The notes: a model not told the origin generated them from the sequence alone. A stretch of 64,000 nucleotides of DNA from an uncultured bacterium (GCA_964428355.1 CAYRYU010000004.1:67261-131260), one strand, 5' to 3'. Positions 54,629 to 64,000 are shown, counted from the stretch's first letter. Numbers and translations are program-made.

Positions 54629-57601
54629 ATGGTGGAGAATTCCAGTTTGCCGACAGCGGGGAAGCCTTCTCCAGAGGGGCCCGACCGACCCAGGGGGGGG
54701 GCACTTATCCGGTTTCTGACCCCGGATTTTTCCGCGCTCCGTTCCTTGGGCCGGAAGATCTTCGTCCTGGTCGTGTTCGCGCTCTTTCCCATCCTCGTCC
54801 TCGAAACCACGATCAGGCAGGTCGAGAACCTCGAACTGGAAAACCTCCTCCAGAAAGACCGGCAAAGACATGAAAACCTCCTGACACGGCTCCGGGAAGC
54901 CGACGATGACCCCGCGATGCTCCGCCGCATCCTGGTCGGTCTGTTCGAGGAAGTCCGGAAGACCCCATATCCCAAACGGCGTCTTCGCGTCGTAAATCGC
55001 CTCCGGAAAGCATTCCCCGGTGTGATGGACGTTTACTATTTCGATGCAGCCGGCCGGGTGGTTTCCGAACTGAGTTCCTCTCGCCACTACAAGGGGTTCG
55101 TGGAGCGCACATTCCAGGTTCTTCTCGACCTCAAATCGGGAAAACCGGTCGACAAGGGGCGCGAGGGAATTCTCCTTTCCTTCCTCAACATTTCCGAACT
55201 CCCGAGGGCAACCACCGCTCAGGGGAACCTGATCGCCCTCGCCAGAAGAGACCAGGACGGCTTCTTCGTCTGGGGCCAGGCCCCGGAGCATGGCGGGCCC
55301 TTTTCGGGCTGGATGGCCCTGCTTCACCCCGGAAGATTCATCCCGGATCGGGCTCTGATGAACAGCCTCGCCATTCTCAACCGAAGACTCAGGGGAACCC
55401 GGGTGGGGTCCTTCGAAACGACGATGTCGGGGCTGGACTTCCACCCCACCTCCTGGAACAAAGATCCCGAGCTCGGGCGATCGATCCTTTCGGCGATGGG
55501 TGCTTACGGGAAGGTTTTCATCAACCCGAGGTTCCATGGAACATACAAGTTCCGGCAAAACTACGGGTATCTGTTCGCCATCTCCAGGCGCCGGAGTTTC
55601 CTGCCGAGATGGGTGGCCCGGGGAACCGACCTGATCTGTATCCTGTGGGGACTGGTCATCGGGTTCAACGTGTTCCGGGGCCGGGACCTGGGAATCAGGA
55701 TCAGGATCCCGGTCCGGCTGGTGGGCCTCTTCCTTTTCGCCATCGGGACTCCCTCGGTCGTCCTTCTGGTCGGTGGATACTACGCACTGAAAGACCACGG
55801 GAACGTCCTGAGAGCGGACCTCGAATCCCGGATCAAGGACAAGTTGAGGCATTTCGACGAGCTGATGCCAGGTGAGGTCAAGAGGATCCAGAAGGTCTTC
55901 AACGAGGCCATCGTGCGGGCAAGGAAACTGGACACCATCGCAAGCCAGGCGGAGCTTTTCCAGACCCTTCGCAGCGAAACCACCATCCAGTATGTCTTCG
56001 TTGTCGACCGTGCGGGGAAACCCGCCTTCGACTGGATCGACAGCCCCGACCCCTCGCTCCGCCGCCGGACGAACCAGTTCATCCTGCCCCTCGGGAAGGA
56101 GCTGTTGCGAAGAATGAACAAGTCCCTCCGGGTTGACCAGGGGACCTTCATGGTCCAGGCAACCGAAGGCGTTCTCAGCACCCTCATCGGTGAAAACTCG
56201 TCCTTCGATCTCGACCTGATCTGCAGGGAGTTGGGACAGTTCGTACTACTGTCGCTTGGAGCCGAAAGCACGTATCTGTACTTCGATGTTCTGTACAACA
56301 AGGCCGGGGAGGCCCAATACGCTTTCATGAGTGCTCTCCATCGCGGACGTCTGCAACGAGCGTACATCCAGAAGCACCAGGCTGAGCTCGGACGTCAACC
56401 CGATCTTCCGCTCCGGGTCAGCGCGGTCGGGGAACTCCGGTTCCTGGGAGAGGAAATCCCGTTCCCGACGGACAAGGCGAAGGTCAAGGGGATCGCGGGG
56501 GATGTCCTGACGTCTAAATCGGCTGTCCGTGTCGTGATAGCTTCTGGTACCGAAGAAGAAATATGGTATGGTACAAAAGGGCAGAATATCGATTGTTTCG
56601 TGATGGTCGCCGCCGTTTCCCTGGAATCGGTCAAAAAGCAGGTCAACTTTCTCTGGATGGTCCTGGTGGGTGTGGCGCTGATGGTTTTCCTTTCGACTTC
56701 CACGATTGGAGTGATGCTTTCCGAACAGTTCCTCAAGCCCATCGAGAACCTATCCGGAGGAATCCGGGCCATCGAGGAACGGCGTTTCGACTATACGATT
56801 CCCGTCATCGCCCGGGACGAGTTGGGAGACCTTTCCGGGCTGATGAACAATGTCATCGAGGGGATGCGCGATCTCCAGGTTGCCCGGATCGTCCAGGAGA
56901 GCCTGTTTCCCCCGGAACCCCTGACGGTCGGGGAGTTCCAGATCTGGGGAAAGAGCCGTGCGATGACCGATATCGGCGGCGACTACTTCGATTACTTCGT
57001 GACTCCCGCGGGAAAGCTGATGGGGTTGGTGGGCGATGTTTCGGGACACGGCATTTCCGCCGCACTGATCATGGGCATGGCGAAGTGCGCGATGACCATC
57101 GACAACAACACTCGGGGATCCCTTCCCGACACGCTCGCCTCTTTCAACCGGTTCATGATCGCGACGATCAAGAAGAAGAAGATGATGACCCTGTTCCTCT
57201 ATTCAATCGACCCCGAGACCGGTGAGATGGAGTTCTCGAACGCGGGGCACAATTTTCCCCTGGTTCTCAGAGCGCGTTCCCAAGCCGTGGATGAGCTGCG
57301 GATGGAAGCGCTGCCCCTCGGAATCCGCATCAAGGCGCAGTACCATTCCCTCAAAACGGTCATCGAACCTGGCGACAAGATCCTGTTCTTCACCGACGGC
57401 CTGGTCGAAGCCATCGGCGCGAATGGGGAGATGCTCGGGAACGAGAATGCCGTGAACTGGTTCAGGGAGACTCGCGGCCTCGACCCCCGCACCGCCATCG
57501 ACCAGCTGTTCTCCAGGTTCGATGCAGCCACCCAGGGCCGCCCGGCTTCCGATGACGTTTCCCTCATCTGCCTGCAACGCATGAAAGGCCAGAAACCATG
57601 A
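54629..57601 (+). CDS. Membrane sensor serine phosphatase (HAMP + PP2C/SpoIIE), third paralogue
   Basis: IENLSGGIRAIEERRFDYTIPV...DELGDLSGLMNNVIEGM (HAMP). GGDYFDYFVTPAGKLMGLVGDVSGHGISAALIMGMAK (PP2C). The ORF track begins it at a TTG (54626); the first ATG is 54629. Confidence 0.85.
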   Translation: MVENSSLPTAGKPSPEGPDRPRGGALIRFLTPDFSALRSLGRKIFVLVVFALFPILVLETTIRQVENLELENLLQKDRQRHENLLTRLREADDDPAMLRRILVGLFEEVRKTPYPKRRLRVVNRLRKAFPGVMDVYYFDAAGRVVSELSSSRHYKGFVERTFQVLLDLKSGKPVDKGREGILLSFLNISELPRATTAQGNLIALARRDQDGFFVWGQAPEHGGPFSGWMALLHPGRFIPDRALMNSLAILNRRLRGTRVGSFETTMSGLDFHPTSWNKDPELGRSILSAMGAYGKVFINPRFHGTYKFRQNYGYLFAISRRRSFLPRWVARGTDLICILWGLVIGFNVFRGRDLGIRIRIPVRLVGLFLFAIGTPSVVLLVGGYYALKDHGNVLRADLESRIKDKLRHFDELMPGEVKRIQKVFNEAIVRARKLDTIASQAELFQTLRSETTIQYVFVVDRAGKPAFDWIDSPDPSLRRRTNQFILPLGKELLRRMNKSLRVDQGTFMVQATEGVLSTLIGENSSFDLDLICRELGQFVLLSLGAESTYLYFDVLYNKAGEAQYAFMSALHRGRLQRAYIQKHQAELGRQPDLPLRVSAVGELRFLGEEIPFPTDKAKVKGIAGDVLTSKSAVRVVIASGTEEEIWYGTKGQNIDCFVMVAAVSLESVKKQVNFLWMVLVGVALMVFLSTSTIGVMLSEQFLKPIENLSGGIRAIEERRFDYTIPVIARDELGDLSGLMNNVIEGMRDLQVARIVQESLFPPEPLTVGEFQIWGKSRAMTDIGGDYFDYFVTPAGKLMGLVGDVSGHGISAALIMGMAKCAMTIDNNTRGSLPDTLASFNRFMIATIKKKKMMTLFLYSIDPETGEMEFSNAGHNFPLVLRARSQAVDELRMEALPLGIRIKAQYHSLKTVIEPGDKILFFTDGLVEAIGANGEMLGNENAVNWFRETRGLDPRTAIDQLFSRFDAATQGRPASDDVSLICLQRMKGQKP

Positions 57602-58785
57602 ATCATCCTTTTGTCCTCGTTTTGAAGAAGGACCGCGAATTCCCGGTTCTTCGCGGTCATCCCTGGATCTACCGCGAGTCTGTCCGGGAACTCCCTCCGG
57701 GGCTCCAGACCGGGTCCGAAGTTGAGCTCCGCTCACGTAGGGACGAGTTCCTGGGCCGGGGATACGTCGACCTGGAATCCCCGATTCTCGTCCGGTGTCT
57801 CCCCGCACGAAAGGAGGAATCCCTTTCCGCGTGCCTCCGGAGGCTGGTGGGCGACTCCTGCCTCCGCCGAATCGACTTCTTCGATTTTTCCCGGACCACC
57901 GGTTACCGGCTCATCAACGGCGAAGGAGACGGGATTCCAGGTCTCGTCGTCGACCGGTACGGGGCCGCCCTCGCGCTTCAAACCTATTCATCAGGTTTGG
58001 AGGCCCATCTCGGACCGATCGTCGAGGCCCTTCGGGAGTCGGTCAAGGGGGTGAAATGGATCTGGCGGCGAAACCAGGTCCGACGTTCCGGTGCGGGTGG
58101 AGGCGGCGGGGCAACCCTCCTCCTCGGAAAGGATCTTCCCCCGACCATTCCATTCCTGGAAAACGGGATGAAGTTCGAGGCCGACCTGAAATCCGGTCAG
58201 AAGACCGGGTTTTTCCTCGACCAGCGTGACAACCGTGACATGATCCGGACCCTTTCCCGTGGACGCCGCCTTGCCAACATCTGCGGGTACACCGGGGCTT
58301 TCACGGTTGCAGCCGCGCTCGGGGGGGCGAAAGAGACCGTGACGGTCGATTCCGCCAGACCCGCCCTCGAGGAGGCGAAGCGGAGCATCCAGCGGAACGG
58401 CTTGTCCGGGGGGCGGCACGAGTTTTTCGCCACGGACATGAACGAATTCCTCGACCAGGCGCGGGAGGGGGCATTCGATCTCGTGGTCCTGGATCCACCG
58501 TCGATGGCGAAGAGCAGGGCCGAGCTCGATCGCGCGCTCCGGACCTACCGACGCCTGAACGAGCGTGCGATAAGGATTACCGCACCCGGGGGGGTCCTCT
58601 TTACCGCTTCCTGTTCGAGCCAGGTCTCCAGGGACGATTTCCTCGCCGTCCTGATCGATTCCGCTGCCCGGGCCAGGAGGTCGGTCAGGATCCTTGCGGA
58701 GAACGCCCACGCATTCGACCATCCGATCGCCCTCGGGCACCCCGAGGGAAGGTATCTGAAGGGCTTTTTCCTGGGGATCGACTGA
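57598..58785 (+). CDS. rlmI: Class I SAM-dependent 23S rRNA m5C methyltransferase, RlmI-like (PUA + MTase)
   Basis: The N-terminal PUA-like region reads VLKKDREFPVLRGHPWIYRESV. Downstream come LDQRDNRDMIRTL and the DPPSMAKS SAM-MTase motif IV region. Confidence 0.8.
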   Translation: MNHPFVLVLKKDREFPVLRGHPWIYRESVRELPPGLQTGSEVELRSRRDEFLGRGYVDLESPILVRCLPARKEESLSACLRRLVGDSCLRRIDFFDFSRTTGYRLINGEGDGIPGLVVDRYGAALALQTYSSGLEAHLGPIVEALRESVKGVKWIWRRNQVRRSGAGGGGGATLLLGKDLPPTIPFLENGMKFEADLKSGQKTGFFLDQRDNRDMIRTLSRGRRLANICGYTGAFTVAAALGGAKETVTVDSARPALEEAKRSIQRNGLSGGRHEFFATDMNEFLDQAREGAFDLVVLDPPSMAKSRAELDRALRTYRRLNERAIRITAPGGVLFTASCSSQVSRDDFLAVLIDSAARARRSVRILAENAHAFDHPIALGHPEGRYLKGFFLGID

Positions 58786-59267
58786 TGGGCGAAACGGGAA
58801 AACGTCCGCACGAAATATCGGGGGAACCCATCGAGGTGGGCGCCGCGGTCGTCATTCATTCCGGCCGCGTGCTTCTCGCCCGGCGTTCCGGGGGTTATCT
58901 CCACGATCTCTGGGAGTTCCCGGGGGGGAAGCTCGAACCCGGAGAAACACCGGCAGAGGCGGTAGAGCGGGAGCTCGTGGAGGAGTTGCAGTTGAGGGTG
59001 GTTGGAGGGGAGGTTCTCCTCGTTGTGGACCACGAGTACCCGGACAAAAAAATCCGCTTGCATTTCGTCCGGTGTTCTCTTTTAATCGAAGAAGAGAATT
59101 GTGGCGGAGGGAAATCCGGACCTGCGGATGGCCCTCCTTCCGAAAGGGAAAGATCCGCGTGGTTTACGCCGGACCGGTTCCCCTGGGAAGAGTTCTGTCC
59201 CGCGGACAAGGCCGCGGCCGAACGGATTCCCTGGAAAAAGCTGGGGAAAGGAAGGATTCGAACGTGA
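58785..59267 (+). CDS. NUDIX hydrolase (MutT-like)
   Basis: Nudix box GGKLEPGETPAEAVERELVEELQL. It overlaps rlmI by 1 bp and the buk GTG start by 4 bp. Confidence 0.75.
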   Translation: MGETGKRPHEISGEPIEVGAAVVIHSGRVLLARRSGGYLHDLWEFPGGKLEPGETPAEAVERELVEELQLRVVGGEVLLVVDHEYPDKKIRLHFVRCSLLIEEENCGGGKSGPADGPPSERERSAWFTPDRFPWEEFCPADKAAAERIPWKKLGKGRIRT

Positions 59268-60337
59268 AGAAACCCCTCGTGATCCTCGTCATAAACCCGG
59301 GATCCACATCCACCAAGATCGCTCTTTACGAGGACCTGAAGCCCTCGAAGCAGGCAGAGATCACCCATCCGGTCGAGGACCTGAAGCAGTTCAAGAAAAG
59401 CTATGACCAGCTCGATTTCCGGATGGCCGCGATTGACAGGACCCTTGCCGAATGGGGAATCGCGGCGAAATCCCTGGATGCGGTCATCGGTCGCGGAGGG
59501 CCGCTCAAGCCGATGGAGAGCGGCGTGTATCACGTCGGAAAGCGTATTCTGGAGGATTGTACCGAAGGCAAGGTCACCGACCATGTCTCCCTGCTGGGCG
59601 GCCTTCTGGCCTTCAGGATCTCCGAAAAGTCGGGGATTCCCTCCTTCATCGCCGATCCGGTTTCGGTGGACGAGTTCGACGATGTGGCGCGGATTTCCGG
59701 GTTGCCCGAAATTCCACGGATTTCACTGGTGCATGCTTTGAACATCAAGGCCGTGATCCGCCAGGCTTGTGAGGAAGCCCGAAAAGACCCCTCGAAGATG
59801 AACTTCATCGTCGCCCACCTGGGCGGGGGATTCTCGATCGCGGCGAGTCGCGAGGGCCGGATTGTGGACGTGAACAACGCGAACGACGGAGGCCCGTTTT
59901 CCCCGGAGCGCGTCGGAACCCTCCCCCTTGGCGGTCTCACGAAGCTCTGCATGAGCGGCAAATTCACGCCCCAGGAACTGAAAAAGAAGCTGATCGGTAA
60001 TGGCGGTCTGGTAGCCCACCTTGGGACTGGCGACGTTCGGGAGGTGGAAAAACGGATCGCGGGGGGAGACTCGAAAGCCGCGTTGATCCTTGAAGCGATG
60101 GCCTATGCGATCGCAAAGGAGATCGGAGCAATGGCCTCGGTTCTCAGGGGAAAGGTCGACGGGATCATTTTGACGGGTGGGGTTGCCTACTCCGCTCGTG
60201 TTGTGGAATGGATCAGGGATCGGGTTTCCTTTATTGCCCCCGTAATTGTCAACCCGGGGCAGAACGAGATGCTCGCACTCGCCCGGCACGCACTTGGAGC
60301 TCTTGCCGACCCCAAGGTCGTCAAGGAATACGTTTGA
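59264..60337 (+). CDS. buk: Butyrate kinase
   Basis: (V)KKPLVILVINPGSTSTKIALYED is the canonical Buk N-terminus. A GTG start at 59264 follows a GGAAAGGAAGG RBS and is in frame inside the longer track ORF 59072-60337. Confidence 0.85.
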   Translation: MKKPLVILVINPGSTSTKIALYEDLKPSKQAEITHPVEDLKQFKKSYDQLDFRMAAIDRTLAEWGIAAKSLDAVIGRGGPLKPMESGVYHVGKRILEDCTEGKVTDHVSLLGGLLAFRISEKSGIPSFIADPVSVDEFDDVARISGLPEIPRISLVHALNIKAVIRQACEEARKDPSKMNFIVAHLGGGFSIAASREGRIVDVNNANDGGPFSPERVGTLPLGGLTKLCMSGKFTPQELKKKLIGNGGLVAHLGTGDVREVEKRIAGGDSKAALILEAMAYAIAKEIGAMASVLRGKVDGIILTGGVAYSARVVEWIRDRVSFIAPVIVNPGQNEMLALARHALGALADPKVVKEYV

Positions 60338-60356
60338 ACCGAAAGGGAGGATTCCA

Positions 60357-61238
60357 ATGAATTTTTCCACGATCGAAAAGAAACTTCGCTCCGGGAAGAC
60401 TCCGCTTGCGGTCTGCATGGCGGAAGACCCCGAGACCGTCGCGGCTGCGCGTGAGGCTTCCGGACTCGGTTACGTCGACTGCCTCTTCGTCGGAAACCCC
60501 GATGTCATGAAGCCCCTCATCGGCGAGGAGAAGGGCTTTTCTCCTTCGATCATCGAAGCCCGGTCCCCCGAGGAATGTGCCGCGAAATCGGTCGAACTGG
60601 TCAGGACGGGAAAGGCAAAAGCCCTCATGAAGGGTTCGATCTCCACTCCGATCCTGTTGAAAGCCGTCCTGAACTCGGAGACGGGTATCAAGAGAAGCCC
60701 GGTCCTGTCGCACTGTCTCGTTTTCGAGTGGATGGGGTCCTTTCGCCTTCTGACCGACGGCGGTATGGTTCCGCACCCCACCTTCGAGGAGAAGCAGGAG
60801 ATCCTCCAGAACGCGGTTCACCTCGCCCGCGGTCTCGGGATCGAGAAGCCCAAGGTCGCCGTTCTTTCGGCGGTGGAAACCGTCAACCTCAAGATGCCCA
60901 GCACGGTGGATGCCGCGATCCTTTCGAAGATGGGGGACCGGAAGCAGTTCAAGAACTGCATCGTGGAAGGACCCCTCGCCCTCGACAACGCGATTTCCCT
61001 CGAATCGGCTCATCACAAGGGGCTTTACAATGAAGTGGTGGGAAAAGCCGACATCCTCCTGCTCCCCGATATCGATTCGGGAAATGTTCTCGGGAAATCC
61101 CTGATCTACTTCACCGACGTGAAGGTCGGAGGCCTGATCGTCGGGGCCCAGGTTCCGATCGTTCTTCTTTCGCGGTCGGACACCAAGGAGATCCGGCTCA
61201 ACTCGATCAAACTGGCTCTGGCAACCGGGTCGTCCTAG
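60357..61238 (+). CDS. ptb: Phosphate butyryltransferase / phosphotransacetylase-family protein
   Basis: MNFSTIEKKLRSGKTPLAVCMAEDPETV...ALMKGSIST...VPIVLLSRSD is typical of Ptb. There is a GGGAGG RBS before ATG 60357. Confidence 0.85.
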   Translation: MNFSTIEKKLRSGKTPLAVCMAEDPETVAAAREASGLGYVDCLFVGNPDVMKPLIGEEKGFSPSIIEARSPEECAAKSVELVRTGKAKALMKGSISTPILLKAVLNSETGIKRSPVLSHCLVFEWMGSFRLLTDGGMVPHPTFEEKQEILQNAVHLARGLGIEKPKVAVLSAVETVNLKMPSTVDAAILSKMGDRKQFKNCIVEGPLALDNAISLESAHHKGLYNEVVGKADILLLPDIDSGNVLGKSLIYFTDVKVGGLIVGAQVPIVLLSRSDTKEIRLNSIKLALATGSS

Positions 61239-61244
61239 GAGTTG

Positions 61245-61262
61245 ACCGCGGGGACATATAGG
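61245..61262. repeat. Single GGGGACAT half-element downstream of ptb
   Basis: CGCGGGGACATATAGGGGG lies in the convergent intergenic region 61239-61328. It shares the GGGGACAT core with the elements at 32138-32269 and 52688-52757. Confidence 0.3.
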
Positions 61263-61328
61263 GGGTCAGGAATACCACAAAGCACACAAAGACCACGGAG
61301 GATCAGGTAGAAGGCCGGCCTGGTTGAC

Positions 61329-63041
61329 CTATTTCTTGCCTGCGGGGGGGTGCAGGTCTGAACAGGGTTTCTCGTCCCGCCGAAAGGGGTATTCGATTAT
61401 TCCCCCCGTCCTGACGACACTCGAGATGTCATCTGCCGCGATTCCCCCGATCAGGTGAAATGGCCGCTCCGCCACCACCTCGCCCCGCCCATTCCGGTCC
61501 ATGGCTACCATGAAAGCGTGGACAGTTCCTATGCCGGCCCGACTGGGAGGAAGGCCGATCCGAATCTGTGGCGCTACGAGCGTGAGCATGCTTCCCGCCG
61601 ACTTTTCCCCCCCGGCGTGCAGGTTCGGGTTGATGATCGGTGCCCATACCGTGATCGTTTTCTCGCAGATGATAACCCCTCCGGATCCGATTTCGAGGGG
61701 CGATTCGATGACGATGTCCTGGCGGAAGAACGCCGTTCCGCCCAGGGACAAGCGCATTCCCCCTTCCGAAGACGGTTCGAGCAGGAATCCAGGTTGCGAA
61801 ACGGGGTGGTTGAACCGGAAGATGCTCGAGCCGGTTTCCGAAATCACCGTTGGCGTAGCGAGCATTTCGGGCCAGGGTGGGGGAGTCGGGAGTCCCCTCG
61901 GAAGCAGGGTTTCAATTCCAAGAAAGCCAGACCCCGCGGCTTTTTCCGGGAATCCCAGGGTTGGGGCGAGTTTCTTCCAGGATTCCGTGTTCTGGCAACC
62001 GCGCAGAACCGTCGGGATGGCTGAATTGACCGGATTCTCGACCATTCCGGGCATGAGCGGGCATAGCCCCTTCCGGGGGTCACCTTGGGAATAAGTCTTC
62101 CACGGGACCCTTTCCGCAAAGGTCTGCACGAAATCACTCGGTTTGAGGGATCCCCCCCCGCGGTTCCCGAGGAAACCCTGGATGTACTGCCTCAATTCGG
62201 CATTCCATTGCCACTCGGTGAATGCAGGAAGGGGAAGAACCCTGTTGAGCTTGTGGAAAAGAAGGCCGAAGGACCGGAAGAACCTTCTTCCAACCGGCCC
62301 GAAGACCATGCCCGGGGTGGGTCTTCCGGGAAGTCCGAACAGGTGCAGCCCGCTTCCCTGTGGAGTCACGTCGGGAAAAGCGTTCCAGAAAATGGGGGTT
62401 CGGTTGGACATCGTGAGAGGGAGATCCCGGTGGATGCCCACATCCACGAAGATGGGTGCCGCGACCCCGTACAAGGATGGGACTCCGGATTTGAATTCAT
62501 CAGCCCATTCCTGGCTGGTCAGCCAGCCCATGGATTCCCGCGAGAAATACAGATGGAAACCCTCTCCCACGGCCTTCAGCGGAGGCCCTTGGTGGTGCCC
62601 GGCGCAGGTGTTCAGTGCCAGGGTTGAGCCCCGTCTGCTTCCCAGAAAGACTTTTCCCGATTTCCACAGGAGGTTCGGGTCGTAGTCGGAAACCGGTGGG
62701 CCTGGGTCGGGCGTGGGGGAGGGAAACGGGTTTGAGCCCGTCCAGCCTTTTTCCTGCCTTTGTTGAAGAATGACCAGCGGCGGGTCCTCCGAGACGAGAC
62801 AACCGTTTTCGTCCGTCGTGATCCGGTTGGCGATGCTGTCTGGAAGATCGGCTCCACCCGGGCAAAAAAGCGTGAACTGCCAGAATGGCTCGAGCAGTCC
62901 GGCTGCCGGGCCGGAAATGGGTGGATTGGCCCCCGCAGACGGGCGATTTTGGAACCCGGCACCGGGCCTTCCGGAAAAAGCGGGTTGGGCAGCGCATTCC
63001 CCGGAAATCCCCACGAGTGTGACCAGCGAATAGATGAGCAT
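61329..63041 (-). CDS. Secreted hypothetical protein (about 570 aa)
   Basis: Start chosen at MLIYSLVTLVGISGECAAQP, which is signal-peptide-like. The longest ORF would extend to 63149. No recognisable catalytic motif. Confidence 0.5.
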   Translation of the reverse strand: MLIYSLVTLVGISGECAAQPAFSGRPGAGFQNRPSAGANPPISGPAAGLLEPFWQFTLFCPGGADLPDSIANRITTDENGCLVSEDPPLVILQQRQEKGWTGSNPFPSPTPDPGPPVSDYDPNLLWKSGKVFLGSRRGSTLALNTCAGHHQGPPLKAVGEGFHLYFSRESMGWLTSQEWADEFKSGVPSLYGVAAPIFVDVGIHRDLPLTMSNRTPIFWNAFPDVTPQGSGLHLFGLPGRPTPGMVFGPVGRRFFRSFGLLFHKLNRVLPLPAFTEWQWNAELRQYIQGFLGNRGGGSLKPSDFVQTFAERVPWKTYSQGDPRKGLCPLMPGMVENPVNSAIPTVLRGCQNTESWKKLAPTLGFPEKAAGSGFLGIETLLPRGLPTPPPWPEMLATPTVISETGSSIFRFNHPVSQPGFLLEPSSEGGMRLSLGGTAFFRQDIVIESPLEIGSGGVIICEKTITVWAPIINPNLHAGGEKSAGSMLTLVAPQIRIGLPPSRAGIGTVHAFMVAMDRNGRGEVVAERPFHLIGGIAADDISSVVRTGGIIEYPFRRDEKPCSDLHPPAGKK

Positions 63042-63220
63042 GTGTGCCAACGTGATTGTCACTCGTGGTGGGCTTGCCTTCGAGGACAACCCCCTCCTGG
63101 CTTTTCGGGCACATTCGACTGGGAAGAGGCGGGTCGCTTTTCCGGACATTGGGTCCTCCTTGCGAAAATGCGAGGAGCCCCGCGTTTCCGCAGGGCTCCA
63201 TTCAGAAGTCTCAGATCAGG

Positions 63221-63979
63221 TCACTTGTTTATGAGGGTCCATACGTGGGTGGTGGCATTGGCATCCGAAGGGAAAGGAATCTGTGCCAGCGTTCCTTTCA
63301 CGACCACCAGGGCGTTGCCCGTGGTGACGCTCACCAGCGCAAAGGTGTTCGCGGTGATGTACACTTTCCTCAACATGAACTGCTTCGATTTCGTCGGGTC
63401 GTAGAACGTGAAGGCCGGAGCCGTTGACTTGGCCAGGGATTCCAAATCCCTTTCCACGATGGCGATGGGAGAAGTCGTCTTCATCATCTCGGTCAGGGGT
63501 GCGGTATGGAGGTATTTCCCGTTCGCAAGCAACCTGACGAAGACATAAGGAGACAACGGATCGGGATCGGCGGGAACGATCTCCCACAGCTGCGTGGGGT
63601 CTGGATTGGCGGCCTTGGCCGCGACGACGACGGAGTTCGAATCCTGGCTCATGGTCAGGAACGAACCCTCCTTGTTGTGCTTGATGTAGCCGACCGAAAG
63701 ATCCCCGGTTTCGACAAGATCCCATTGCTGGGACATCATGGATTCGAGGTTCTTCTTCACTGTCGCGAGCACCTCCGTCACTCCGGACATGGCCCGGAAT
63801 CCAAGGCTGGGAAGGGTCCCGCCAGGGAGGCCCTGGGCTCTGAAGAGCGGCTGGATCTCCGCCTGATATCCCGCAAACAGGTTCTTCCAGAGGTTTGAGG
63901 AACCGCTGGAGGGCAGAGTCAGGTAGGTCTGGGATTTCCGGTTCTTGAGGCGGAAGGAGTTGCCCTGGTTTTCCAGCAT
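63221..63979 (-). CDS. Ricin-B-lectin-like (beta-trefoil, QxW repeats) protein; possibly 5'-truncated by the window end
   Basis: Three QxW-like motifs spaced about 40-50 aa apart (SQQWDLVE, TQLWEIVP, THVWTLI). The frame stays open upstream of M63979 to the window edge. Confidence 0.45.
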   Translation of the reverse strand: MLENQGNSFRLKNRKSQTYLTLPSSGSSNLWKNLFAGYQAEIQPLFRAQGLPGGTLPSLGFRAMSGVTEVLATVKKNLESMMSQQWDLVETGDLSVGYIKHNKEGSFLTMSQDSNSVVVAAKAANPDPTQLWEIVPADPDPLSPYVFVRLLANGKYLHTAPLTEMMKTTSPIAIVERDLESLAKSTAPAFTFYDPTKSKQFMLRKVYITANTFALVSVTTGNALVVVKGTLAQIPFPSDANATTHVWTLINK

Positions 63980-64000
63980 CCATTCGCACTCTCCGGTGTC

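Noticed and set aside
54614-55852. 412-aa minus-strand ORF
   Set aside because: It is antisense to the third sensor phosphatase and has acidic/Pro-rich low complexity.
1-64000. Search for tRNA/rRNA genes, CRISPR arrays, IS elements and integrases
   Set aside because: No cloverleaf-like conserved tRNA signatures (GTTC-R-A T-loop in the right context), no rRNA-like conserved stretches, no regularly spaced direct repeats, and no transposase or integrase-like ORFs were found on manual reading.

Overview
This is a GC-rich (about 60-65 % GC), gene-dense bacterial chromosomal segment with about 45 protein-coding genes. No rRNA, tRNA, CRISPR array, IS element or transposase/integrase was recognisable by eye. 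The gene content (radical SAM enzymes, butyrate kinase and phosphate butyryltransferase, HAMP-SpoIIE sensor phosphatases, TrkAH, a PUFA-synthase-like megasynthase) suggests an anaerobic Desulfobacterota/deltaproteobacterium-like organism; that placement is inference only.

Six things stand out:
1. A bacterial homologue of the eukaryotic major vault protein (MVP, 32352-34823). It is transcribed divergently from a single 2629-aa ER-KS-AT-ACP-KR-DH-PPTase megasynthase (24192-32081) across a 270-bp control region that carries GGGGACATG palindromes and a clear sigma70-like promoter.
2. A dispersed AT-rich repeat or palindrome family, AAAAAGGGGACATGAGAAT, at three intergenic loci.
3. Two paralogous radical SAM enzymes with an N-terminal CxxC zinc-ribbon/rubredoxin-like motif and dual CxxxCxxC motifs (a Tes/GDGT-MAS-like lipid-modifying candidate). 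They bracket a NadD-like fusion protein, DUF2585 and a Cys-rich hypothetical.
4. A nine-gene minus-strand operon (12146-21556) that combines a serine-palmitoyltransferase-like alpha-oxoamine synthase, a DAGK_cat lipid kinase, a thymidylate-kinase-like P-loop protein, a HAD hydrolase, a PEP-utilising swivel-domain protein and an NTP_transf_5-like nucleotidyltransferase. This is a candidate sphingoid or aminolipid pathway.
5. Three paralogous roughly 980-aa HAMP-PP2C (SpoIIE/RsbU-like) membrane sensor phosphatases, two of them tandem and joined by an ATGA overlap.
6. A pair of TerB-like paralogues flanking a polytopic membrane protein, with sigma54-like and inverted-repeat signals upstream.

Many long opposite-strand ORFs in the supplied track are GC-driven artefacts and were rejected. 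The track also appears to translate non-ATG starts (TTG, GTG) as M, so several gene starts were re-derived from RBS and paralogue alignment.
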